Below are positions 39,128 through 48,496 of a DNA stretch of 64,000 nt, in pieces; the stretch's first letter is position 1, and each line of letters begins with the position of its first letter. Source of the DNA: Minisyncoccota bacterium (GTDB taxonomy: Bacteria > Patescibacteriota > Minisyncoccia > Phycocordibacterales > Zambryskibacteraceae); NCBI GenBank assembly GCA_036517475.1, contig DATDVZ010000007.1, forward strand, positions 1,706-65,705. The letters are read 5' to 3'. The notes beneath the pieces were generated by a model. It made no database searches, was not told where the DNA came from, and saw only the letters and a program-made list of their open reading frames with translations. The translations under genes were made by a program, and so were the position numbers.

Positions 39128-39157
39128 TATTTGTTAATTCGTTCGAATTAACAAATA
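39128..39157. promoter_or_regulatory. 30-bp palindrome TATTTGTTAATTCG-TT-CGAATTAACAAATA, candidate ArsR operator
   Basis: 12-2-12 inverted repeat about 30 nt upstream of ArsR ATG. Confidence 0.55.
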
Positions 39158-39174
39158 ATGATGTTGATAGTATT

Positions 39175-40227
39175 TTATACTTGTTCATCTTTGTTGAATA
39201 ATTTAATCAAGGCAAGCTCAATGGGAAGCTCGGGAGTGTATGCCCGGGAGACAAATTCCTGAGCCAGGAGAAGTTCAGAGAGCACTTCGGATCCAATGGC
39301 GCATTCGGGATCCTTTGATACTGCTTTTATAAACTTAAAATCATCATCTGATAACTCCCCTTTTACTTCATCTTCTTCCATACCTCCTCCAAATTTGAGA
39401 AGTAAGACAAATCTCATCTTCTGCAGAACAAGTCTCATAAAAATTTTCATATCAACATTTTGTGATGCAGCTTTATGAACGTATCCTAGAGCTTTTTCAA
39501 GAGATTTATCCGAGACAGATTTTACAAAATCATTAATCAGAGTATTTTGAGGCGCTCCGGTAACTGTTTCTACTTCTTCAATTGAAATTTTCTTATTCTT
39601 GCTGTAGCTCATCACCTTCTGCAGTATTCCCTGCGCATCGCGAAAAGAAGCATCAGCCAAAAGTGCGATGAGTTCTGCAGATGAGGCATCAATCGTAAAA
39701 CCCTCTTTTTTTGAAATATTTGCCACCAGTTCTCTTAAAATTTTCTGGCTTGGTCTTTTAAATTGGTAAATTTGGCAGCGCGAAAGTATAGTTTCAGGAA
39801 TTTTTTCCATTTCTGTCGTTGCTAGAATAAAAATCACGTATTCCGGAGGCTCCTCAAGAGTTTTGAGGAATGCATTCCAAGCTTCTTTGGTAAGCATGTG
39901 AGCCTCATCGATAATGTAAATCTTGTATTTTGATTCAAACGGGACACTTGAAACAGATGTCTTGATTTCCCTGACATCATCAATCCCGCGATTGGAAGCG
40001 GCGTCAATCTCATGCAGATCGCTTGGCGAGACATCCAAGTCCTTGGCAATAATTCTAGCAACAGAAGTTTTGCCAATTCCGCGCGGTCCGGCAAAAAGAT
40101 AAGCGTGAGAAATGTTTCCCAGATCAAGGGCTCCTTTTATAACTTTAACTATATGATCTTGGCCTATAACATCCCCCCACTTTTGCGGGCGGTACTTGCG
40201 ATAAAGAGAAGTAGTCTCAGATGACAT
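39175..40227 (-). CDS. dnaX: DNA polymerase III subunit gamma/tau (short form)
   Basis: LYRKYRPQKWGDVIGQ, Walker A GPRGIGKT, IYIIDEAHML, SRC motif; start set at MSSETTSLY rather than upstream Met of the ORF. Confidence 0.7.
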   Translation of the reverse strand: MSSETTSLYRKYRPQKWGDVIGQDHIVKVIKGALDLGNISHAYLFAGPRGIGKTSVARIIAKDLDVSPSDLHEIDAASNRGIDDVREIKTSVSSVPFESKYKIYIIDEAHMLTKEAWNAFLKTLEEPPEYVIFILATTEMEKIPETILSRCQIYQFKRPSQKILRELVANISKKEGFTIDASSAELIALLADASFRDAQGILQKVMSYSKNKKISIEEVETVTGAPQNTLINDFVKSVSDKSLEKALGYVHKAASQNVDMKIFMRLVLQKMRFVLLLKFGGGMEEDEVKGELSDDDFKFIKAVSKDPECAIGSEVLSELLLAQEFVSRAYTPELPIELALIKLFNKDEQV

Positions 40228-40313
40228 GAAAAAGATTATAGCACCCGTTAAAATTTTTACTAAAACTTTAACGGGCAAGAAAAAGGAGCCCTTTGCAAGC
40301 GGCTCCTATGTGA

Positions 40314-41282
40314 TTACGGATCAACGAAGACCTTAGTACCCTTCGTGACAGGCTGGTTATTGGCATCGAGGCCAATAGTCCGCACAGTCACCGGAGTATA
40401 AGAAGGAGTATTTACGAAAATCCCCTTCACCCTGCATTTTGTTCCAGTCGCAGTCGCTGTGACATAAAGCGCACTGGAAGAAAAGCAAATGAAGTTAGTG
40501 GATACACCCGGATCACCCGTAATACTTACCGAGAGATCCATCTCCTGCCCGACTTTTATACGAACAGAGTCTGGCACAACTGAGAGATTAGTAACTCTTG
40601 AGAGAGGAACTCTCACGAGTACTGAATCCTTTTTACTCTGATCAGCTGAAGCAGTGCAGACTACCCATGTTACTCCTGCAACATTTCCAGTTCCGGGCCA
40701 AACTGACATAACAGTACCAGCAGTATCAACAGTAGCAATCTGCGCATTTCTTGATACGCAAGTTGAAGCGGTTGATTGACCCGCGGGTACCGTCACGGTG
40801 CGCCGCAGAACATAACTCTGCGTCCTAAAGACTGAAGTGTCCTTCGGCGCAAGAGTAATGCTTACTGGAACTGGGGGTGGTGCGTTCACTGTCACCACCG
40901 CAGTGTCAGATGTGGCTTGATGGGTTGCAAGCTTCGCCCAGATTTTTGCAACTCCAGGCGAAACACAGTTGACTTTACCAGTGCTGTCCACCACTGTTGC
41001 AGTGGTGGCACTCGTTGAACCCCAAGCTACTTTAGCGCTCTGTCCTGCAGGCACAGAAACTGTGGCACCAAACTGCCTATTCTCCCCAACCGTGCACGTT
41101 GCCGACTTTGGACTCACAGTAAGTGAGTAGTTAGAGGGCGGAGGTGGCGGAGGCGGGGGGGGCTGAGGTGGAGGTGGAGGCGCTGGCGGCCCTGACGGGC
41201 ACGAAACACAGACATTCTGCTCCTGCTTGCACCCTGCCACTGTCAACAATACCCCCAAAAGCAAGACCTTGAATCCTTTCAT
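40314..41282 (-). CDS. lipoprotein with poly-proline linker and Big_2-like Ig domains
   Basis: Lipobox LLTVAGC, PPAPPPPPQPPPPPPPPP, repeated VxATVxxxG Ig-like segments; markedly higher GC than rest of window. Confidence 0.5.
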   Translation of the reverse strand: MKGFKVLLLGVLLTVAGCKQEQNVCVSCPSGPPAPPPPPQPPPPPPPPPSNYSLTVSPKSATCTVGENRQFGATVSVPAGQSAKVAWGSTSATTATVVDSTGKVNCVSPGVAKIWAKLATHQATSDTAVVTVNAPPPVPVSITLAPKDTSVFRTQSYVLRRTVTVPAGQSTASTCVSRNAQIATVDTAGTVMSVWPGTGNVAGVTWVVCTASADQSKKDSVLVRVPLSRVTNLSVVPDSVRIKVGQEMDLSVSITGDPGVSTNFICFSSSALYVTATATGTKCRVKGIFVNTPSYTPVTVRTIGLDANNQPVTKGTKVFVDP

Positions 41283-41479
41283 TTTTCACTCCTTCCTTGT
41301 TTGGTCATATGTTCAAGAACGTTTACTAAAATGGAAACTACCATTTTAGTTTTTAAAAGTCAACCCCGTCAAATAATTCGCTTTGCGAATTCCTGCGAAG
41401 CGGGATTTAACAGGGTCAAGCCTAGAGTAGGAACAATGAATAAAGAGTGAGGAATAAAAAAATGAACCTTTTGGGTTCA

Positions 41480-41659
41480 TTACTTGACACATGCAAATGG
41501 CAATTTGCCGCTCATTTTTCTAAATACTTCATCAGCACGTCTGATTGTTTCAAGTCTTTCTGGAGTATTGGGAGTCCCCTCTTGGATCTCCTTCAATATT
41601 CTTCTCGCGTCTTCTCCTCTTACTACCGGGGAAACCATTTCAGAAACTGATCGAGCCAT
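41480..41659 (-). CDS. small hypothetical protein (59 aa)
   Basis: ATG preceded by AAAGAGGAAAAAAA RBS; MARSVSEMVSPVVRGEDARRILKEIQEG...; just under ORF-track cutoff. Confidence 0.3.
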   Translation of the reverse strand: MARSVSEMVSPVVRGEDARRILKEIQEGTPNTPERLETIRRADEVFRKMSGKLPFACVK

Positions 41660-41757
41660 TTTTTTTCCTCTTTATTTTTTCTTAAAATAAGATATCACAA
41701 ATTTTGTAAATATCAAAGGGCGGACCTCGCTGTCCGCCCTTTTTATAAAGCACTAAA

Positions 41758-42297
41758 TCAGTGCTTTTCTTTCTTCCAACTTGGATGTTCAGGCCAAGTC
41801 GGAAGGCTCACCGAGTTAGAAACGCGCTCGTGGCGTTCCATCTCCTCGATAGTCATGATTCCAAAGCCCTCCTCTGGCCAGAGACCAGGTATTACTTCAG
41901 GATCTCCAAAGGCATCCATATCCTGAGGAGCAAACGGCTCTTCACCACTACTGTCCCGAAGTGCCGCTATCCTGATCTCTCCGGAGTCATTGAGAGGATC
42001 AAAAGGATTCGAATCATCGGGCATATCCTCATCGTCCTCAACTAGTGCTTCCGGGCTCGGGTTCACCGAGTGAAGCACGAGTGCAATACGGTTCGTGCGA
42101 GGATATGGTAATGCCATTCTTTTTGCCCGTTCTTCTCTTTCTTCGGCAGGTGTGAGATTTCTTCTCGGCCTCTTTCTTCTTTCAACGAAATCAGAAGGAG
42201 GAACAAAGTCGCCCACAAAGGCATCTGCACGAAGTAAGTGGCCCATAGAACGTCTCCATGGAAGGGGGATGAGGGGTACTACGAAAAGTACATCCAA
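41758..42297 (-). CDS. hypothetical Pro/Asp/Glu-rich protein
   Basis: 179-aa ORF in higher-GC island. Confidence 0.4.
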   Translation of the reverse strand: MDVLFVVPLIPLPWRRSMGHLLRADAFVGDFVPPSDFVERRKRPRRNLTPAEEREERAKRMALPYPRTNRIALVLHSVNPSPEALVEDDEDMPDDSNPFDPLNDSGEIRIAALRDSSGEEPFAPQDMDAFGDPEVIPGLWPEEGFGIMTIEEMERHERVSNSVSLPTWPEHPSWKKEKH

Positions 42298-42337
42298 AAT
42301 GAATTATACATGAAAATAAATATTTATCAACAGTCAC

Positions 42338-43144
42338 TTACCTTCTCTTTATTACAGCTTTATTTCCGTACCTCAAATCAATTGATTCAACTTGTAATCT
42401 GCCGTCCCTTATTGCAAAGAGGCTCTGATCTTGAAGGATTGAATCAAGATTAGAAATTATTCTGGAGGTATTCTCTTCAAGAGGAAAAATAATTTTACCC
42501 CCCTCAGCGCTTATTTCAAATTCATTTTCATTAATCGGCTCAACTGACAATGGAGTAACCCCCATTTTTTTTATCTCATCAATCAATAAATTTAATTTTA
42601 CAAAAAACTCAGGCAAATAATTCTGCCTCATTGGGCTACCCTCAAACCCTCCCCTATAAATAAAATAGACACCGGCTGTTGCATTTATACCTTCAGCGTA
42701 AACATATCCTTTACTGTCCATAAAATAGCATTTTTCAGGATTCTCGCTGTCACACCAGATCGCAAATGGTTTTCTTTCTTTAATATTAATCTCTGCATCC
42801 TGCAGAGATGTCAGATTCACCTCAACACCTTGAGTTCTCGGAAAATCGTTCAAAATCTTCTTTTCAAGAGCTTTCTTTGGGAAGATAAGAAAATTGGTTT
42901 TTGGTAAAAGAGTAAAATATTTTCCCCCAGAAACATCCACCGCAGTTTTTTTGATATCATCTTCATTGATACTGACTGCCCCGAGAACAGTAAAATTTCG
43001 AACCTGCAGTGAGGATATTGAAAGTAATTTTGTAAGCGCAAACACAAGCAGTACAAGAACAAGTAAAGAAAGACCGAGCTTAAATACAAATCTCTGTCTT
43101 CTTTTTTTTCTTACATTGTTACTTTGAAATTTGTTCCTTGCCAT
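42338..43144 (-). CDS. ftsQ: cell division protein FtsQ/DivIB-like (POTRA domain)
   Basis: Basic N-terminus, single TM, POTRA-like region (LQVRNFTVLGAVSINEDDIKK). Confidence 0.55.
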   Translation of the reverse strand: MARNKFQSNNVRKKRRQRFVFKLGLSLLVLVLLVFALTKLLSISSLQVRNFTVLGAVSINEDDIKKTAVDVSGGKYFTLLPKTNFLIFPKKALEKKILNDFPRTQGVEVNLTSLQDAEINIKERKPFAIWCDSENPEKCYFMDSKGYVYAEGINATAGVYFIYRGGFEGSPMRQNYLPEFFVKLNLLIDEIKKMGVTPLSVEPINENEFEISAEGGKIIFPLEENTSRIISNLDSILQDQSLFAIRDGRLQVESIDLRYGNKAVIKRR

Positions 43145-44384
43145 TCATGTACTTACGCAATACTTCAGGAACCGCGACCGAACCATCAGACTGCTGATAA
43201 TTTTCAACTATGCCGACAAGAATTCTTGGCGTCGGAATCGCGGTATTGTTGAGCGAATGGGCAAATCTCTTCTGCCCATTGTCATCGTATTTGATTCCAA
43301 ATCGTCTTGTTTGGAAATCATGATAATAGGAAGAGCTTGCGATTTCTCTATAACCATTCTGTGAGGGTAACCACATTTCAATTTCATATTGCTTGACCTT
43401 GCTTGCAGAAAGCTCTCCCGTACAAATAACAGAGCGTCTGTAGGCAAGACCTAGGCTTTCTAAAAATTCTTCGGTGCGAACCGTGAGCTCCTCATGCAAC
43501 CTCTCGCTTTCCTCGTGTCTAGCTTCGCATAAGACCAGTTGTTCAAATTTATAAAACTCATGAACCCGAATTAACCCCTTTATATCTTTGCTGTAGCTTC
43601 CCGCCTCCCTGCGATAACAGGGAGAGAAAGCCAGAAATTTTTTTGGCAAATCAGATTTGCGCAAAGTTTCTCCCGAGTAATAGGCCATCATCGGCACTTC
43701 TGCTGTGCCGGAGAGATAATCGTCATCCTGTGTTTTAAATAAGTCCTCCGCGTCATTTGGCAGATGGCCCGTACCGTAAAAATGCTCTTTTCGCACAATT
43801 ACCGGAGTAATGACTTCTTCAACCCCCTCTCCGGAAAAAAACTCTCTTGCATGATTCCAGATTGCCCAAGAAAGTTTTGCCCCCTCTCCTGTAAGAAAAT
43901 ATCCGCGAAACCCGTGAGTCTTAACCCCTCTTTCAAAATCCACCATTCCAAGATTTTCCATCAAAGCTATGTGATCTTTCACAGGAAAATCAAACTGCGG
44001 AGTATCTCCCCATTTTTTTATTTCAACATTATCTTCCTCAGCTTTACCTTCTGGCACTGATGGGTCGGCAATATTGGGCACGGAAAGCATAATTGAATGC
44101 CACTCATTCATTATTCCTTTTAACTTCTCTTCTTCTTTCTGTAATTCTTCTTTGACAACCTTCATCTCATCAATAAATTTAAGTTTGAGGGTTGAATTTT
44201 TCTCTTGAGGGATTTTTACATTGTATTCATTCTGTATTCGGCGCTTCTCCTCGACACTTACAAGAACTTTGCGCCTTTCATCATCAACCTCAATAAGCCG
44301 CTTTAAATCAACCTTGATTTTTTTCTTTCTTGCGGCTTCGGCAATCAGATCCTTATTTTCTATAATAAATTTAATGTCTAACAT
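43119..44384 (-). CDS. serS: seryl-tRNA synthetase
   Basis: N-terminal coiled coil; class II motifs (FRGYFLTGEGAKL, GSYSKDIKGLIRVHEFYKFEQ, HSLNNTAIPTPRILV). Confidence 0.85.
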   Translation of the reverse strand: MLDIKFIIENKDLIAEAARKKKIKVDLKRLIEVDDERRKVLVSVEEKRRIQNEYNVKIPQEKNSTLKLKFIDEMKVVKEELQKEEEKLKGIMNEWHSIMLSVPNIADPSVPEGKAEEDNVEIKKWGDTPQFDFPVKDHIALMENLGMVDFERGVKTHGFRGYFLTGEGAKLSWAIWNHAREFFSGEGVEEVITPVIVRKEHFYGTGHLPNDAEDLFKTQDDDYLSGTAEVPMMAYYSGETLRKSDLPKKFLAFSPCYRREAGSYSKDIKGLIRVHEFYKFEQLVLCEARHEESERLHEELTVRTEEFLESLGLAYRRSVICTGELSASKVKQYEIEMWLPSQNGYREIASSSYYHDFQTRRFGIKYDDNGQKRFAHSLNNTAIPTPRILVGIVENYQQSDGSVAVPEVLRKYMNGKEQISK

Positions 44385-44387
44385 GAT

Positions 44388-44729
44388 TTAAACTGGATAC
44401 TTCGGTGGTAAACCTATATCAACTCTTAATTCATTCACTATATTTTTATAATACCCCATATCTTCATCTTCAATTTTACCCCCTAAAACACCGCCAATAA
44501 TGTGCTCTATTTCAGAAATAGTCAAAATCTGAATAATTAGGTTGCGCCTTTCTACTCTGCTTTTAGCCCCCTCCAAAAGATCTAAATACTCATTTGCCTC
44601 ACTTTCAATAACTTCCTTGACATATCTTTTCGCTATCTCTCTTGGCTCATCCCCAGAACTGGGTATTTCGTCTGGATTTTCACTCATAATATTTATTAAT
44701 TGTATAATAACACGAAATGCCTTACTCAA
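44388..44729 (-). CDS. hypothetical protein
   Basis: 113-aa ORF. Confidence 0.4.
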   Translation of the reverse strand: MSKAFRVIIQLINIMSENPDEIPSSGDEPREIAKRYVKEVIESEANEYLDLLEGAKSRVERRNLIIQILTISEIEHIIGGVLGGKIEDEDMGYYKNIVNELRVDIGLPPKYPV

Positions 44730-45589
44730 TCCGTGACTTAAAACTTGAAGAATTCCCCCCTTTGCTAAAGGAAATTCCAGATCCTCCTAAGAAACTTTTT
44801 CTGGCGGGAAGTCTGCCAAAAGAAGAAAATAAAATTTTATGTATTGTAGGTTCGCGAAAATATACTCAATATGGTAAGGAAATCTGTGAGAAATTGATTA
44901 GTGAAATTAAAGGTTATCCGATAACGATAGTATCTGGTCTTGCTTTGGGTACTGACTCAATTGCTCATAAAGCAGCCATGAAAAATGGTTTACAAACCGT
45001 TGCCCTACCCGGTTCAGGATTGAATTCTAAAAATCTTTACCCGAGTTCTCATCTACCTCTTGCGGAAGAAATTATTGAAAATGGCGGCGGGCTTTTATCA
45101 GAATTTGATCCTGATTTCAAAGCCACTCTCTGGAGTTTTCCACAAAGAAACAGAATTATGGCAGGAATTTCCCATGCAGTTTTAATAATTGAGGCAGAAA
45201 TTAAATCGGGAACTCTAATTACTTCTAGGCTCGCTACAGAATACAACCGTGATGTTATGACCGTACCCGGATCAATCTTTTCAAAAAATTCAGAAGGTCC
45301 GCATATGCTGATTAAACTTGGGGCAACGCCAGTAACTTCAGGAGAAGATATTTTAAAAGTACTAAATATAGAAACTTCTATAACTAAGAATAATCAATCA
45401 TTCGATATATCGAATGAAATGCTTTCAGAGGATGAAAAGAAAATTGTTGAACTTCTGCATAACCCAGTGACACGAGATGATCTAATCCGCCAAAGCGGCA
45501 TGCCTGCAAGTAAAATCAATATGATAATTACTGCAATGGAGATAAAAGGAATTATCACTGAAAGTGTGGGGGAAATCCGAATTAATTAA
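44717..45589 (+). CDS. dprA: DNA processing protein A
   Basis: Rossmann-like DprA core (ILCIVGSRKYTQYG, GLALGTDSIAHKAA, LLSEFDPD, SGTLITSRLA) and C-terminal wH. Confidence 0.8.
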   Translation: MPYSIRDLKLEEFPPLLKEIPDPPKKLFLAGSLPKEENKILCIVGSRKYTQYGKEICEKLISEIKGYPITIVSGLALGTDSIAHKAAMKNGLQTVALPGSGLNSKNLYPSSHLPLAEEIIENGGGLLSEFDPDFKATLWSFPQRNRIMAGISHAVLIIEAEIKSGTLITSRLATEYNRDVMTVPGSIFSKNSEGPHMLIKLGATPVTSGEDILKVLNIETSITKNNQSFDISNEMLSEDEKKIVELLHNPVTRDDLIRQSGMPASKINMIITAMEIKGIITESVGEIRIN

Positions 45590-45639
45590 AAAATGTTCCA
45601 CTTGGTGGTGAAACCGCCACGTGGCTGCTGTGGTAAGTA

Positions 45640-45667
45640 TTGACTTTTTTTGTTATTAATGTATATT
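45640..45667 (+). promoter_or_regulatory. sigma70-like promoter candidate
   Basis: TTGACT-16nt-TATATT about 30 nt upstream of 45699 ORF. Confidence 0.35.
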
Positions 45668-45698
45668 AACTAAAGAAACCCAGACAGAGGAGTTTAAA

Positions 45699-46004
45699 AT
45701 GAAACTCAGCCCCAGTGAGCTAGATTTGCTTACTGAAAAGAAGGTTGTAAAAACGAATAACAAAAAGAGAAACTTGCTTTTAATTGGAGTTGGTGTGGCG
45801 GCTTTAGTCTTTGGGACACCCGTCGGTTGGCTCATCTTCGGAGCACTTTGGCCGGCGATGTCATTTTTGGTAAGTGCTGTCACTGGACTTGATCCCAGAC
45901 TTGCCTCAACGATTGGGCTTTTTCTTTCTTTCATCGTTTTTGGCGCCGGGGTTCTGACCTTATATAAAATCGTAAGAAAAAAGTTATCTCGAACGCAAGC
46001 TTAG
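45699..46004 (+). CDS. small membrane protein
   Basis: 101 aa, 3 TM helices. Confidence 0.4.
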   Translation: MKLSPSELDLLTEKKVVKTNNKKRNLLLIGVGVAALVFGTPVGWLIFGALWPAMSFLVSAVTGLDPRLASTIGLFLSFIVFGAGVLTLYKIVRKKLSRTQA

Positions 46005-46094
46005 CTTGCGTTTTTCTTTTTAATTTATTATTTCTATCCTTTAAATTAATATTGATATTTGCAAATAAAATCTTTTTATAGTATCAATTCACCC

Positions 46095-48299
46095 ATGAGT
46101 AAAAAACTTTTAATTGTTGAGTCGCCGGCAAAAGCAAAAACGATTGGAAAATATCTCGGAGATGAGTACGAGGTTGTTGCCTCAGTCGGGCATATTCGTG
46201 ATTTACCTAAATCAAATAAAAAAGCAATTGATATTGAAGGCGGATTTATACCCCATTATGAAATCGTTAAAGGAAAAGAAAAAGTAATTTCAGAAATAAA
46301 AAGAAAAGCTTCAAAATCTGATGAAATAATCCTTGCTACAGACCCAGACCGCGAGGGGGAGGCTATTGCATGGCATATTTCCGAGCTCATCAAAAATAAG
46401 TCAGCAGAATCAGGAATCAAGAATCATGAATTAAGAATCAAAAGGGTTACTTATCATGAAATTACGGAAGATGCCATAAAAGAAGCGCTCGGGAATCCCA
46501 GAGATATTGATGAGAATTTAAAAACCGCGCAAGAAGCACGCAGGGTTTTAGACAGACTTGTCGGCTACGATCTTTCTGGTCTAATCTGGAAAAAGGTTCG
46601 ATATGGCCTCTCTGCCGGCAGAGTCCAGTCCCCTGCTCTGCGAATACTAATGGAGCGTGAACGTGAAATAAGAGCATTTAAGTCTGAAACATTTTGGACA
46701 ATTACCGCATTATTAAAAAATAAAAATAATATTGAGTATGTTTTCACATGCGAAGAAGAACCAAGGGATAAAAATGAAGTTGAACGAATAATTGATATCG
46801 GCAAAAAGGAAGATTGGGAAATTAAAGACATAAAAGAAACAGAGGTAAAGCGATCCCCCAGACCGCCATTTATTACTTCTACACTTCAGCAAGCGGCAAG
46901 CTCTCGGCTTGGATTTGCACCCTCAAGAACAATGGGTATTGCGCAAAAATTGTATGAATCCGGTTTCATAACTTACATGAGAACTGACAGTACAAATTTA
47001 AGCGAGAATGCAAAAAATCAAATCGCCTCGGTAGTGGAGAAAAAATTTGGCAGGCAGAATTTGCAATTACGAAACTATGCAAAAAAAAGCAAAAACGCTC
47101 AAGAAGCGCATGAAGCTATCCGACCTTCAGATTTATTCAGGGAAGGTGCCGGCCACAATGAAGAGCAAAAAAAGTTGTATAAATTAATCTGGGGAAGAGC
47201 AGTTTCAAGCCAAATGATTGATGCAAAAGTTTTAAGGACCAGAGTCTTGGCGAATACTATAAATGAAAATATTCCTAATTTTGTGCTGAACGGTTCCCGC
47301 ACAATAAGCGACGGCTGGCTTTTAGCTGATCCCATTGCCAAAACAGAAGATGTTGAAGTACCAAAATTTCAAAAGGAAGAAAAACTGAAATTATCTTCAA
47401 TTGATTCAGAGGAAAAGCAAACTCAACCTCCGGCAAGATATTCAGAGGCAGGATTAGTTAAAGAGTTGGAAAAAAGAGGCATTGGAAGGCCCTCAACTTA
47501 TGCTTCAATCATAAAGACACTTCTGGACAGAGGTTACATTGTTAAGGAGCAGAGAGCGCTTCTTCCGACAGATACTGGAGATGTTGTGAGCTCATTTTTG
47601 GAGGAAAATTTTGCAAATTATATCAGCGACACATTTACTGCGGAGATGGAGGATGAACTGGATGAGATAGCGGCCGGTAAAAGAGGTTATGAAAAAACCT
47701 TACGCGACTTCTATACCCCCTTTTTAAAAGACGTGAAGTCAAAGGAAAAAATCACAAAATTGACAAACCTCGGTGAGGCCGACCCAAAATGGAAATGCCC
47801 AGTTTGCGGCTCCTCAATGATTATTAAGCTTGGAAGAAGCGGAAAATTTCTTTCATGTTCAAGATTCCCAGATTGTAAAGGCGCGCGAACAATAGAGGGT
47901 GAGGAGCTCGCGGGGCCAAAAGATACTGGGGAAATATGTCCTGAGTGCGGCAAAGCAAATTTGGTAGAAAGGGATGGTAAATTTGGGCGTTTCATTGCCT
48001 GTTCACGATATCCAAAATGCAAATTTGTTAAAAAAAGTCCGGAAGAGGAAAACCGCAGCAAGACAGGTGTAAAATGCCCCGTTTGCAAAGAAGGTGAAAT
48101 GGTGGAGCGCCGAGGTCGCTTCGGAATTTTTTATTCATGTAGCAATTATCCTAGATGTAAAAACGCCATCAAGGCCAAGCCGACAGGAAATATCTGCCAA
48201 ATGTGCGGATCATTAATGATGGAAGGCACAAAGACTATACCTGAGCGTTGTAGTAATAAACAATGTGTAATGCATAATCCTCATAAAAATAAATTATAA
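46095..48299 (+). CDS. topA: DNA topoisomerase I with C-terminal zinc-ribbon repeats
   Basis: Start chosen at MSKKLLIVESPAKAKTIGKYLG (Toprim) rather than upstream Met at 46059; four C4 zinc ribbons at C-terminus. Confidence 0.85.
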   Translation: MSKKLLIVESPAKAKTIGKYLGDEYEVVASVGHIRDLPKSNKKAIDIEGGFIPHYEIVKGKEKVISEIKRKASKSDEIILATDPDREGEAIAWHISELIKNKSAESGIKNHELRIKRVTYHEITEDAIKEALGNPRDIDENLKTAQEARRVLDRLVGYDLSGLIWKKVRYGLSAGRVQSPALRILMEREREIRAFKSETFWTITALLKNKNNIEYVFTCEEEPRDKNEVERIIDIGKKEDWEIKDIKETEVKRSPRPPFITSTLQQAASSRLGFAPSRTMGIAQKLYESGFITYMRTDSTNLSENAKNQIASVVEKKFGRQNLQLRNYAKKSKNAQEAHEAIRPSDLFREGAGHNEEQKKLYKLIWGRAVSSQMIDAKVLRTRVLANTINENIPNFVLNGSRTISDGWLLADPIAKTEDVEVPKFQKEEKLKLSSIDSEEKQTQPPARYSEAGLVKELEKRGIGRPSTYASIIKTLLDRGYIVKEQRALLPTDTGDVVSSFLEENFANYISDTFTAEMEDELDEIAAGKRGYEKTLRDFYTPFLKDVKSKEKITKLTNLGEADPKWKCPVCGSSMIIKLGRSGKFLSCSRFPDCKGARTIEGEELAGPKDTGEICPECGKANLVERDGKFGRFIACSRYPKCKFVKKSPEEENRSKTGVKCPVCKEGEMVERRGRFGIFYSCSNYPRCKNAIKAKPTGNICQMCGSLMMEGTKTIPERCSNKQCVMHNPHKNKL

Positions 48300-48440
48300 T
48301 TGGTAAGCAGGCACACTACTGTGCCTGCGCTAATAGTCTTTGTGAGGCACAGCGATGTCGCATCAGCAGATGCGACCGCGAGCCGGGGTCGCGAGCGCTT
48401 TCGCTCGACGGAGCGAAGGCGACTTGTGACCTAAAACTAT
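48300..48440. repeat. GC-rich multi-hairpin insert between topA stop and a diverged duplicate of topA's last 17 codons
   Basis: Hairpins GCAGGCAC-ACUAC-GUGCCUGC, GUCGCAU-CAGCAG-AUGCGAC, UUCGCUC-GACG-GAGCGAA; followed (48441-48493) by copy of topA 3' end. Confidence 0.6.
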
Positions 48441-48496
48441 CCCGGAGCGCTGTTCTAATAAAGCGTGTCCAAACCATAATCCTCATAAATTAAAAA

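Noticed and set aside
46059-46094. Upstream start for topA (MQIKSFYSINSP...)
   Set aside because: TopA Toprim domains begin MxKKLxIVESPAKAKTI. The ATG at 46095 gives that N-terminus and is correctly spaced from the TTGATA/TATAGT promoter-like elements.
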